In this document: piece after piece, positions 45,159 through 53,999 of the stretch
How the letters are laid out: every line of letters begins with the position of its first letter
How positions within the stretch are numbered: the stretch's first letter is position 1
Assembly (NCBI GenBank): GCA_040080215.1
Contig: JBEBIT010000008.1
Coordinates: 14,487-78,486, forward strand
Source: Steroidobacteraceae bacterium
GTDB taxonomy: Bacteria > Pseudomonadota > Gammaproteobacteria > Steroidobacterales > Steroidobacteraceae
Length of the DNA: 64,000 nucleotides
Reading direction: 5' to 3'
Notes under the pieces: model-generated
What the model saw: only the letters and a program-made list of their open reading frames with translations
What the model was told of the DNA's origin: nothing
The model's database searches: none
Program-made: the position numbers and the translations under genes

Positions 45159-45611
45159 CTACCGCCAGCAGTCTGTATTGGTCGCGCTCTTGGCGCCCGC
45201 CGACGTCAGTGAGAAAGAGTCGCAATGGCTGTCGGTTGCTTGGGCCCCACCTGAGACTGGTGTGGCAGTGACCGTGAATTCCCGGGTGAGATCGCCGCTC
45301 GTGATCGCGAGGTTGTACCAGCCGTTTTCGGTCCCGTTTATACCCAGTCCAGCCGGGGGAGCGTCCGCCAGCGCGTCATTGTCGGCATAGGTGTTGTTCT
45401 GCAGATAGAACTTTTCCTGAGCTGCGGCCACGCGCAAAAGCGCAGACATGGCGTCCGTTCTCTGCGCACGAATGACATAGTTGCGGTAGCTGGGTACGGC
45501 GATGGCGGACAGGATGCCGATGATGACGATCACGATCATCAGTTCGATCAGCGTCACGCCTTGCATACGAAATCGGGTCGCGAGCGGTTTGGTGTGTCTG
45601 TTCGTATGCAT
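45159..45611 (-). CDS. pilE: Type IV pilin-like protein PilE
   Basis: The prepilin leader ends ...RFRMQG and is followed by VTLIELMIVIVIIGILSAIAVPSYRNYV. A C-terminal Cys pair is present (HCDSF...TDCW). It is the last gene of the minor-pilin operon. Confidence 0.85.
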   Translation of the reverse strand: MHTNRHTKPLATRFRMQGVTLIELMIVIVIIGILSAIAVPSYRNYVIRAQRTDAMSALLRVAAAQEKFYLQNNTYADNDALADAPPAGLGINGTENGWYNLAITSGDLTREFTVTATPVSGGAQATDSHCDSFSLTSAGAKSATNTDCWR

Positions 45612-45678
45612 GGCGTCAGTCCGTTGTATTCGCAAGCGTCAGGCGGGACCGTGGAATTCACGGTCCCGCCTGGGCGAG

Positions 45679-48600
45679 CTAATTTGTGTCCGTATTCTGC
45701 TGCGTCCAGAAAGTGCGGACCGGCACGTTGAAGATGTCCACAGGGCATTTCTCCAAACCAACTAGGCACGTTCCAGGTGGCTTGCAATCCAGTCCGATAC
45801 ACGCAGTTGGCGGTGGTGGTGGTGGCGTACATGCGTCACCTACACAAGGTGGGGGATCATCAGTCGGCGGTGGCGGATCATCGGATGGCGGGAACAAAAT
45901 GACCGGTGTCGGCGCGATACCGGTCTGCTGCAGTTCATTCTGCACAAGAATCTCGCCATTCACCGCGCTGATTGCGTAGAAAGTATTCTTCACGCCGCTG
46001 ACTACACAGGCGTTACGTGCCGACTCGCTCGCGACGGGTGTGAATGTCGAGAAAAGGATCTTGCCGTCGAACGTTCGCGATTCAGTCAGCACCTTTTCGC
46101 CCTGCCAAGACGGCAGATTGAGGAGCATCTTCCAGCCGAGTGCGCTACTCGCTACGGTTGGCGTTTCGACGCCTGTTACATCGATCAGGCCAGTCACATC
46201 ATCCGTGATTGGTGTGAGGCTATCGTATGTCGATTGGGTGAAGGCCTGGAAGGGCTGTTTGTCTCTCAATGAGTAGAATCGGTCCTGTATTTCCTCGTTG
46301 ATGGGGTGGGCTCGGAACCCACTTCCCAACGCAAGATTGATAACGGGACGACCGTCTATTCTCAGCAGCGAAGCGTCAGGTGCGTTATAGAAGCGGCGCG
46401 TCGAGGCGTTGGGGTGGCTTCCGCTGTCGGCGTTGCCCAAAGAAGCAAACACGCCGCCCGTAACGAGAGATGCCTTGGTCGTCGCGTTGTTGTTGATGTC
46501 GAAGCGCCAGACCCGCCCACCTGTATCAGCGGCATACATGCGGTCGGCAAAGTCATCGTTGGTAAGGTCGATGACGCGAATGTCTGCGGGAATCGAATGT
46601 GTCAGCTTGGCGTGCGTGAAGTTTGCCGTACTGTCGTAGCCGAGGCCGGTCACGTTCGTCGGCCCGGCATGCCACAGCAAGTCGCCGGTGATGGCATCGA
46701 TCATGTAGATGCGATTGCCAGTGTCGTCGACATTGTACGGAACGCCGTCCTGTGACGGATCGTACCCGCCACCCACGATCATCACGAGCTTTTCGCTGTT
46801 CTGTGTGACGCCAGAGATCTGTGACAGATTCACGCGCGTAATGATGGGAGTCGACCAGGTTTCACCACCGCCGGCCAGGATATCGTTACGCCCCTTGCGC
46901 CACAGTAGCTTCGGCTGGGTCTTGTTGGTGACATCGAGTGCGTAGTAGTTATATCCGCCGCGACCCATGCCGAAGAACAGGAATACGCGATCGTTGCCGT
47001 CCGTAACATTGGCCGGGTTCACGATACCGTCGCCATTGTGATCCAGCTTATAGGCGACGACATTGCCGTCCAGGCCGAATCCCTTGGTGGCAGAAGGATC
47101 GTTTTCGCGGAGCGCTGCCATCCTGGGAAGCAATTCGCTGGGGATGTATGTCCAGATCTCCTCGCCAGCGTCAACGCCACTCATCCCATTCGGGTGGATG
47201 GCATGCAAGTACCCGTCATTGGTCGCTGCGTACACTACCGCATCGTTGATATCGGGTGAGTTTACTGTGCCTCCGTAGATTACAGGGACCGGGCGTGCGT
47301 GCAGTGGGTCGCCAATGCTGTAACGAGTCTCGTCGGGAAGTCCGCCGTCTACGTTGCCGCCTCTTACCCACTGGATCATATCGCTTACCGTGCCTCCCGA
47401 CGATCCGCTCGGCAAGCCGAGTACCGTATCGATCAGCAGCGTATTGCTGCTGGAAATGCCATTATTAGTGACACCATACAAGTTGGCGGGCTTGCTGGCC
47501 GTCAATGCCGCGAGATCCGTATACACATTGCGATCTGCTGGCGACGGAAGCTTGTGGGCTGCGCCACCGAGCTCCACTTTCGAGCCGTCAACTGCATCTG
47601 ACCAGAAGCTCTGTGCGTTGTTCGCGAAGAAGCCCGTTGCCGTATCGACCGCTGGACGATCTCGAGAATCTGCGATCGTGCCATCAGCCTTCAGCTTGTA
47701 CTTCTTCAGATTGCCCGGCCAGTGCATGTTGGCGGAAGGCTGGAATACGGTCACGAAGAGGTCGCTCAGGTTCTGCGTCCGGTTGAATGCATTCACCGAA
47801 ACGGCGGGCGCCGTGAACGAGGTGTCCTGACTGATGATCTCGCGGATGATGGTTTCGAAGACATTGGTCAGTGACGCCGTGTCGCTGGCTTCATAGGCCG
47901 TGCCGCCGCCTGCCTCAGCGGTGGCAGCCAGCGTCGTCGAACCCACTACATCGCCGCCGAACCCCACCGTGTAGGTGGTGACGGTGTCCTGCACGGAAGT
48001 CGACGATAACAAGTCATGGGTATACATGTACTTGGCAATGTCATCCAGGCACCGACCATTCTCGCCGCCTGTGCTGTTGTTGGAGCACTGTGTCGGGTGC
48101 GCCAGATCGGTGCCGACGAATCCAGTCAACTGCGGGATGACTGTATTGGCGTCAATGTCCGAGGTTGGCTCGCCGTCGGTCAACAACAAGTTATAGTTCT
48201 TTGCGCAAGACTCCGTTCCCAGCGGTGTAATGAATACGCCATTGCCATTGACTCTGGTGCTTGCATCACTATTTAGGTAGCGAGGGCTCAAGCCTGCCCA
48301 ATAGCGGTACACCTCGAAAAGAGTTTCAGACAAAGGCGTAAATCCGTCCGGTGTCAGCGCCTTCACGGTGTCCTGCATGGTGCTGCGGATGGTCTCGATG
48401 GGGGTCATCGGGATGAGTACCTTGCCGCCCTGATTGTTGTTGTACACCGTCAGGCCGACATTGACGTTGCTGAGCCTGTCCAGCGTCGTCACCGTCACGT
48501 CCTGCACGATTTCAAGTCGTGTTCTGGAGATTGTCCCGCCGCCATTCAGGTAGTTCAGGTAGTTGCCGCTGTAGAACGTATAGCTGCCATTGCGTCCAGC

Positions 48601-49206
48601 GGCGGAGCTCCACCAGCTGTCTTGTCTCGCTCCGTTGTTGGTGCCGTAGGGATTGCCTGTGCTGCTTTCGATGGGGTAACGATTGTCGTCGGTCGATCGG
48701 CCGTCCGCCGTGGCCGATTGTGCGTCGGCCTTGCAATCGATTACTTCGCGGCTGCCACTGGTGACAGCCTGCCAGACGCTGCGGTTGCGACTACGGTCGC
48801 GATACTGCGCCACGTTGCTGATCGAGACAATGCCGGTTGAATCCAGCGGCGGCTGCGCGGACTGGCAGAGAAACTCGTTCTTGTCGACATAGTTGTCGGT
48901 TGCCCGCCTTCCCGAACAACTTGGTGCCGTGGCGTTGCTACCGGTGGCCCAATAGACATTGTTCTTGTCGCAACTGCCACTGTAGGTGACACCGGGGTCC
49001 CAGGCGACCTGAGTCAACACGGCGCTATCCATGCTGCCGGACGTATCGATGATGAACATGATGTTCGCAGCAGTACTTGTGCCGGGCGGAGGTACAGCCA
49101 CGAAGATCTCCGTGTCGTCTGCGCTGGCCGGCTTGCCTGCTCCTGAGAGCACAACCAGCAGGGCCGCGGAGACAAGGCTAGCCAGGCGGCGAAAGTTCGG
49201 GTTCAT
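45679..49206 (-). CDS. pilY1: Type IV pilus tip protein PilY1 with an N-terminal vWA domain
   Basis: 1175 aa. It has a signal peptide and the MIDAS motif IIDTSGSMDS. The PilY1 propeller carries the Ca-site-like loops LDHNGDGIVN and IDLTNDDFADRMYAADTGGRVWRFD. Confidence 0.9.
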   Translation of the reverse strand: MNPNFRRLASLVSAALLVVLSGAGKPASADDTEIFVAVPPPGTSTAANIMFIIDTSGSMDSAVLTQVAWDPGVTYSGSCDKNNVYWATGSNATAPSCSGRRATDNYVDKNEFLCQSAQPPLDSTGIVSISNVAQYRDRSRNRSVWQAVTSGSREVIDCKADAQSATADGRSTDDNRYPIESSTGNPYGTNNGARQDSWWSSAAGRNGSYTFYSGNYLNYLNGGGTISRTRLEIVQDVTVTTLDRLSNVNVGLTVYNNNQGGKVLIPMTPIETIRSTMQDTVKALTPDGFTPLSETLFEVYRYWAGLSPRYLNSDASTRVNGNGVFITPLGTESCAKNYNLLLTDGEPTSDIDANTVIPQLTGFVGTDLAHPTQCSNNSTGGENGRCLDDIAKYMYTHDLLSSTSVQDTVTTYTVGFGGDVVGSTTLAATAEAGGGTAYEASDTASLTNVFETIIREIISQDTSFTAPAVSVNAFNRTQNLSDLFVTVFQPSANMHWPGNLKKYKLKADGTIADSRDRPAVDTATGFFANNAQSFWSDAVDGSKVELGGAAHKLPSPADRNVYTDLAALTASKPANLYGVTNNGISSSNTLLIDTVLGLPSGSSGGTVSDMIQWVRGGNVDGGLPDETRYSIGDPLHARPVPVIYGGTVNSPDINDAVVYAATNDGYLHAIHPNGMSGVDAGEEIWTYIPSELLPRMAALRENDPSATKGFGLDGNVVAYKLDHNGDGIVNPANVTDGNDRVFLFFGMGRGGYNYYALDVTNKTQPKLLWRKGRNDILAGGGETWSTPIITRVNLSQISGVTQNSEKLVMIVGGGYDPSQDGVPYNVDDTGNRIYMIDAITGDLLWHAGPTNVTGLGYDSTANFTHAKLTHSIPADIRVIDLTNDDFADRMYAADTGGRVWRFDINNNATTKASLVTGGVFASLGNADSGSHPNASTRRFYNAPDASLLRIDGRPVINLALGSGFRAHPINEEIQDRFYSLRDKQPFQAFTQSTYDSLTPITDDVTGLIDVTGVETPTVASSALGWKMLLNLPSWQGEKVLTESRTFDGKILFSTFTPVASESARNACVVSGVKNTFYAISAVNGEILVQNELQQTGIAPTPVILFPPSDDPPPPTDDPPPCVGDACTPPPPPPTACIGLDCKPPGTCLVGLEKCPVDIFNVPVRTFWTQQNTDTN

Positions 49207-49240
49207 GATTGAGTCCTCAATGTCCTGCTGACGGCGACGT

Positions 49241-49630
49241 TCATTTGCCGCGGCGGCTCTTGGTGGAGGTTGCAGGCTTGTTGCCTACGCCGAAGGCGAC
49301 CAGCCGGGTCACTTCGGAGGTCTTGCTGTCGTAAAAGATGCCGAGTGTCGGGTCCGGATCGGCCTGCTGCAGGGCTAGGTTGAATCCAGTCTGTGTCGCA
49401 GCAGTCTTGCCAAGGAGGAAGCGAGTGGCCTGCGTCAACTGCAAGGTCAATGCGGGGCAAGTCTCGCAACTTCTTACGATGAACGAAGAAGGTGCGCGAT
49501 CAGGCACGCGTATTGAGGCGCTGGATACTTCGATGGCTTGCTCCAGCGCCTGAAGGCGCGGGGTCTCCGCAGCCTGCGATACGCCAATGGCAACAAGTGC
49601 CGAAATCAGCGGTAGTAGTCGTTTGGACAT
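49241..49630 (-). CDS. Small secreted hypothetical protein inserted between pilX and pilY1
   Basis: ORF of 129 aa. It has the signal peptide MSKRLLPLISALVAIGVSQAAE, a single CxxC (SCETCP) and a basic tail. No family was recognised. Confidence 0.55.
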   Translation of the reverse strand: MSKRLLPLISALVAIGVSQAAETPRLQALEQAIEVSSASIRVPDRAPSSFIVRSCETCPALTLQLTQATRFLLGKTAATQTGFNLALQQADPDPTLGIFYDSKTSEVTRLVAFGVGNKPATSTKSRRGK

Positions 49631-49660
49631 GGTCTTGCTCCTGGCAGCCTCTCGCCGGGC

Positions 49661-50125
49661 CTAGAGGCCGGGCACGGGGATATAAAAGCTCTGTGTATTT
49701 GTAGAAGTGGCGTCTTGGTTGGTGGTTCCGGTGCTCACAATGTCGTAGTGAAGCGCTCGGGGGGCACCTGTGCCGACGCCAATACTTGAATTCGGTAGGT
49801 CAGTCTCGCCATTGTCTGGATTGTTCGTTACCGTCACGTCGAACGTGTCGCCCGAGTCTGGATTGGTTATCGGACCTGGCGCATAGACGGTACCTGGAAC
49901 CCAATTTGTGAGTGCAGTTTCAACGCCGGATTCTGCCGCCTGGAATGCGTTCTGTGAGAATTGGTTGTTTCCCGCCATGCGCAACTCAAGCGTCGCCGTA
50001 TTCATGCCTGACACGGCAAGTAACGTCAGCACCAGGAGCAGAATCAATCCGATAACAAGTGCGGCACCTTGCTGCCTGACCTTTGAAGCGGACCTTGCTG
50101 CAAATGAGCGGGTTGGGGCATTCAT
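49661..50125 (-). CDS. pilX: Minor pilin assembly protein PilX
   Basis: The sequence QQGAALVIGLILLLVLTLLAVSGMNTATLELRMAGN is the PilX N-terminal motif. Confidence 0.8.
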   Translation of the reverse strand: MNAPTRSFAARSASKVRQQGAALVIGLILLLVLTLLAVSGMNTATLELRMAGNNQFSQNAFQAAESGVETALTNWVPGTVYAPGPITNPDSGDTFDVTVTNNPDNGETDLPNSSIGVGTGAPRALHYDIVSTGTTNQDATSTNTQSFYIPVPGL

Positions 50126-50139
50126 GGTTGACTCAACGA

Positions 50140-51087
50140 CTATCCCGGAGGAGGGAGTGTGGAATTTCGGATCTGGATGGTCTTGGAGACGAGAAGGCGG
50201 CGACGGTGGTCGCTAAAAGCCCCGGGAGCCGCGTTGGCATACGCATAGTCCGTGCCATCTTCAAAGCCCACTTCCATGTCTGGTGCGACAACCAGTAACC
50301 AGATCCTTGCGGAGACGACCTGCGCACCCACAGGTACGGCATCGCTGTTGACGTACTGGTCTGCGCTGTTGTCGCCTCCGGTAAGGTCTATGCCGAATTG
50401 CACTTGCAAATCTTGTACACCCTGGATGATTTCCTGATCCTCGATGGTCATGCCATTCAAGGTTTGCCTCCGTAACGCGAATGTACCGGTGCCCGCGGGA
50501 TTGCTGATGTAGTAGGCATTGACGAGCAGATCGTGAGTCTCCGTACGCGCCGGATCGGCGCCGAGTGGGGATGTGCCATCATTTACGAAGCGCGCTATAC
50601 CCCGGTTGCTCTGGATCTGGAAGCGTCCATTCGAAGGAGCGCTGACGTTGGCATTCGCGCGTCGGACAATCAGCGTATCCGCACCAGCAGCGGGATCTAT
50701 GCCATCGCAGTCCAAATCGTAGCCGGTACTGTTCTGATCCCGGCCGTCCAGGTAGTGTTCGGCGTCGACTGTCCAGTTGTTGCCGCAGTCATTTGTTACA
50801 CCAACGGCGACTGCTGCCGTGCCTTCCAAGGGGCCCGCCTTATCAACCACGTTTATTGCAAAATTGGTCAGTCCCCAGTAACCCGCCATTCTCACATCAG
50901 GCTCGATCACGTCCAGAGCGTATCGAGCCACTTCCTGCAATCGAGCGGCTGCATCGTTGGTGCGGTACGTGCTGCGACTCTGCATGTACACAGATACTGC
51001 ACCGATGATCAGCAATGTGCCGATGACCAGGGAGACCATCAGTTCGATGAGACTCACGCCCCCTTGAAGGTGCTTGGCGTTGCTCAT
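50140..51087 (-). CDS. pilW: Minor pilin PilW
   Basis: It has a prepilin-type N-terminus, GVSLIELMVSLVIGTLLIIGAVSVY. Its size and operon position also fit PilW. Confidence 0.85.
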   Translation of the reverse strand: MSNAKHLQGGVSLIELMVSLVIGTLLIIGAVSVYMQSRSTYRTNDAAARLQEVARYALDVIEPDVRMAGYWGLTNFAINVVDKAGPLEGTAAVAVGVTNDCGNNWTVDAEHYLDGRDQNSTGYDLDCDGIDPAAGADTLIVRRANANVSAPSNGRFQIQSNRGIARFVNDGTSPLGADPARTETHDLLVNAYYISNPAGTGTFALRRQTLNGMTIEDQEIIQGVQDLQVQFGIDLTGGDNSADQYVNSDAVPVGAQVVSARIWLLVVAPDMEVGFEDGTDYAYANAAPGAFSDHRRRLLVSKTIQIRNSTLPPPG

Positions 51088-51566
51088 ATCTGGACCCTCA
51101 TGACGTAGCTGACCATGCCATCCTGGCCGGCTTCCACCCAGCTAACGGTGATCACATAGGAATCCGGAGTCGTGGTGCCGTCGTAATCGATTTGGGCAGT
51201 GCCTCCGGGCAACGCCTGCACAATTTCAGCGTTCCAGACTGCTTTGTCATGATTCGCCATGACGTCTGGTGTACAGCTGGCGCTGTCTCCGCCCTCTTCG
51301 CAGTTACCATCGAATGCTCCCGTGTCGTCCACGGCCTTGGCATATGTGGCGGCTCCCAAGCGATTGGCTCGGATGCGGTCAGCCATGCTGGCGGCGAGGT
51401 TTACGGCCTCGGTTCGTATTAAAGCGGTACGGCCGGCGCGCAGGCTTTCCACATACAGCGCGGCGATGCCGAGCATGCCAATCGACAGGACGACCAGGGC
51501 AACGAGAGCCTCGACGAGGGTGAACCCTCGTGCCCGATGAAACGGATGCGTGTTGAAGGAATTCAT
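51084..51566 (-). CDS. pilV: Minor pilin PilV
   Basis: Internal ATG at 51566, giving RGFTLVEALVALVVLSIGMLGIAALYVESL. It overlaps pilW by ATGA. Confidence 0.85.
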   Translation of the reverse strand: MNSFNTHPFHRARGFTLVEALVALVVLSIGMLGIAALYVESLRAGRTALIRTEAVNLAASMADRIRANRLGAATYAKAVDDTGAFDGNCEEGGDSASCTPDVMANHDKAVWNAEIVQALPGGTAQIDYDGTTTPDSYVITVSWVEAGQDGMVSYVMRVQI

Positions 51567-51571
51567 TGTGA

Positions 51572-52228
51572 TCAGCAACCGCCCAGGGCTGTGATGTCAT
51601 CCACCAGGCGGGTGACCTGCGGGCGACCTGTTTGCGAAATCGTGATGGCTCGTGCCGCCGAATTGTCGGCACCGTAAATAGTCGTGTTACCGCGGCTGTC
51701 GCACAAACGGATGCTGGTGAGGGGCGTTCCGGCGGCAACAGTTCTTGAGAAGCCCGAAGACGTGAAGGCGATATAGCCTCGATTGGCATTCGGTGCGGTT
51801 AGCGGCGTGATTGTGTCGGGTACGGTGTCGTGCCGCAGCAGTATGGCTTCATCATCGTCCACCACGAGGTTGCCATCATTGGCGTCGGACATGGTCGGGT
51901 CAGCGTCATCAACGAAGACGATCCAGCCCCGGCCCGCAGCAGTGCAGGTGGGTGTCGCGGCATTCGGGTCGGTGCTCATGCACATCACGGTCCAGGCGCG
52001 ACGCTTGACGGCTTCGGTTCTCGCCATGTGCAGGGCTGCCAGGACGTCATTGGCGGAGGACGTCATGCGGCTGTTGCGAATGAACTCGGCCATGTTGGGG
52101 GCGCCGAGCCCGAGGATGACGGCTGCCACGGTGATGGTCAGCATCAGCTCGAGCAGCGTGAACCCTTTGACCGGGGCGGGAGACGCCATGGGCCGGGACC
52201 GGGTGCGGAGTTTGGGCTTGATGCTCAT
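51572..52228 (-). CDS. GspH/FimT-family minor pilin (FimT/FimU)
   Basis: It carries KGFTLLELMLTITVAAVILGLGAPNMAEFIRNSRMTSSANDVLAALHMARTEAVKR. It is the first gene of the operon. Confidence 0.8.
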   Translation of the reverse strand: MSIKPKLRTRSRPMASPAPVKGFTLLELMLTITVAAVILGLGAPNMAEFIRNSRMTSSANDVLAALHMARTEAVKRRAWTVMCMSTDPNAATPTCTAAGRGWIVFVDDADPTMSDANDGNLVVDDDEAILLRHDTVPDTITPLTAPNANRGYIAFTSSGFSRTVAAGTPLTSIRLCDSRGNTTIYGADNSAARAITISQTGRPQVTRLVDDITALGGC

Positions 52229-52402
52229 GGAGGCGACTCTAGATGGCGTGAATGGGGCGGGGCGGGGTTTCCGATCAGTGGTCGAGTTGGGCGGACAAGC
52301 GGCTGTCGTGGCTGATTTCTGTCAAGTCGGGAGAGGGGTGATGCGCGAGCAATCGCACTGGCATGGGGTGGATGAAGGACTATTGTGTTTCATTGTCCGG
52401 GT

Positions 52403-52418
52403 CTGTATAAAATACCAG
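52403..52418. promoter_or_regulatory. SOS (LexA) box-like site CTGTATAAAATACCAG
   Basis: It matches the gammaproteobacterial CTGT-N8-ACAG consensus with one mismatch in the right arm. It lies 59 nt upstream of the lexA ATG. Confidence 0.6.
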
Positions 52419-52421
52419 TTA

Positions 52422-52437
52422 CTGGGTGTTCGTACAG
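52422..52437. promoter_or_regulatory. Second SOS box-like site CTGGGTGTTCGTACAG
   Basis: It has the form CTGG-N8-ACAG, with one mismatch in the left arm. It lies 3 nt after the first box. Confidence 0.5.
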
Positions 52438-52476
52438 AATCCTCTCCTTCAAAGAGTATTTAAAGAGTAATCGGCC

Positions 52477-53103
52477 ATGAATGAACTGACACCGCGCCAG
52501 CGGCAGATCGTCGAATTCATCCAGCAGTGGCTGATGGACGCGGGCAGACCGCCCACCCGAGCCGAAATTGCCAAGGCTTTCGGCTTCAAGTCCCCGAACG
52601 CAGCGGAAGAGCATCTCAGGGCCTTGCAGCGCAAAGGGGTGCTGGATCTGTCGCCGGGAGCGTCCCGCGGTATCCAGCTCAAGGATTCGCTGCGTGAGCA
52701 GATGGGGTTGCCGCTGATCGGCCGGGTGGCGGCGGGCAAGCCCATCCTTGCCGAGGAGAACATCGAGGCCCGGTATCAGATCGATCCGCAGCTGTTCAGT
52801 CCCCGGCCGCACTATCTGCTCAAGGTCAAGGGCATGAGCATGAAGGACGCCGGCATCCTCGATGGCGATCTCGTTGCCGTGCATCGCACGCCCGAGGTGC
52901 GTAGTCGCCAGATCGTCGTGGCACGCCTCGAGAATGAAGTGACCGTGAAGCGGTACAAGCAGGACGGGCCGATCGTGTGGCTCATGCCGGCGAATGACGA
53001 CTTCGATCCCATCCGGGTGGATCTCAAGGAGCAGTCGCTCATCATCGAGGGTGTCGTTGTCGGCGTGCTGCGGCAGGGCACAGGCAAGGGTTTTCTCCAA
53101 TAG
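52477..53103 (+). CDS. lexA: LexA repressor
   Basis: It begins [16 protein letters not shown]. The Ala-Gly cleavage site is in GRVAAGKP, the Ser nucleophile in GMSMKDAGI and the Lys in VTVKRY. Confidence 0.95.
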   Translation: MNELTPRQRQIVEFIQQWLMDAGRPPTRAEIAKAFGFKSPNAAEEHLRALQRKGVLDLSPGASRGIQLKDSLREQMGLPLIGRVAAGKPILAEENIEARYQIDPQLFSPRPHYLLKVKGMSMKDAGILDGDLVAVHRTPEVRSRQIVVARLENEVTVKRYKQDGPIVWLMPANDDFDPIRVDLKEQSLIIEGVVVGVLRQGTGKGFLQ

Positions 53104-53105
53104 AG

Positions 53106-53232
53106 GCGACAGGCAGCCGGCGGGCACACAGTCCCCACGACCCACTCATTCGTGCGCTGTGCTTGCCTGTAGTAGTCCACCGTTAGTAGTCCATCGGTCG
53201 AGTCCAAGGCCCGTCCGTCGGCTGCCTGTCGC
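53106..53232 (+). other. Structured intergenic element: a perfect 14-bp inverted repeat enclosing 99 nt, followed by a T-tract; it contains a 10-bp direct repeat
   Basis: GCGACAGGCAGCCG (53106-53119) is the exact reverse complement of CGGCTGCCTGTCGC (53219-53232). TTTTGATTT follows. TAGTAGTCCA occurs at 53170-53179 and again at 53184-53193. Confidence 0.6.
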
Positions 53233-53279
53233 TTTTGATTTCCCGGCTGCGGGGTTTCAGTGAACTTCTGTGGAAATGA

Positions 53280-53975
53280 ATGTGTGCCGATCGCAACGAT
53301 CACCGCAGCGATCCCCCCGGTGACTCCCGGAGCGATCCCCGAAGTGATCCCCGTATCGATGCGCTGCTCGGCAATCCGGCGGTGTGGCGTGCGGGGAAGG
53401 GCGGGGTAGCCAACGCTGCGGTCGTTCCGACCGGATTTGCATCGCTCGATCAGCAGCTTCCCGGGGGTGGCTGGCCTGCCCAAGGACTGGTTGAGTTCCT
53501 GATTGATCGGCCTGGCATAGGCGAGTTGGGTGTGTTGTTGCCGGCACTGGTGGCGCTTCAGCAGCTGTCTCCCGAGAGCTGGCTGATGCTGGTCTCGCCC
53601 CCTCATGAGCCCTATGCGCCCGCGCTCGCGGCGCGAGGAGTCGACCTCAAGCGACTGCTCGTGACCCGAACGCCGGAGATTCTGTGGACGATGGAACAGG
53701 CGCTGCGGTCCATGGTCTGTCGCGCAGTCATTGCGTGGGTAGGCGATACGCAGACTATGCGTATGCAGTGGCTGCGTCGATTGCAGCTGGCCGCTACGCA
53801 GTCTGGCTCCCTGGCGGTGCTGTGCAGGCCACGCCGCCATGCCCGGGAGTCTTCTCCGGCGGTGTTGCGCCTTGAGCTTGAGCCCGCGGCAGCAGGCCTG
53901 ACTGTCAGGGTCGTGAAGAGCCGTGGCGGACCGCTCGGATCAGTGTGCCTCGGCTTTGAGGATGCTGACGACTGA
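53280..53975 (+). CDS. imuA: ImuA (SulA/RecA-like translesion-synthesis accessory protein)
   Basis: The sequence VPTGFASLDQQLPGGGWPAQGLVEFL...PPHEPYAPALAARGVDLKRLLV is typical of ImuA. The gene lies upstream of imuB and dnaE2. Confidence 0.85.
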   Translation: MCADRNDHRSDPPGDSRSDPRSDPRIDALLGNPAVWRAGKGGVANAAVVPTGFASLDQQLPGGGWPAQGLVEFLIDRPGIGELGVLLPALVALQQLSPESWLMLVSPPHEPYAPALAARGVDLKRLLVTRTPEILWTMEQALRSMVCRAVIAWVGDTQTMRMQWLRRLQLAATQSGSLAVLCRPRRHARESSPAVLRLELEPAAAGLTVRVVKSRGGPLGSVCLGFEDADD

Positions 53976-53999
53976 CACTTTAACCTGTGGAATTCCTGC

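Noticed and set aside
49241-49630. Calling the extra pilus-operon ORF pilY2
   Set aside because: In Pseudomonas, pilY2 lies between pilY1 and pilE. This ORF lies between pilX and pilY1, and I see no similarity that I could defend.
53161-53200. Reading the TAGTAGTCCA repeats as a Xanthomonas-type LexA box (TTAGTA...TACTAA)
   Set aside because: The two copies are direct repeats, not inverted ones, and the complementary TACTA half is absent. They are kept only as an unexplained direct repeat.
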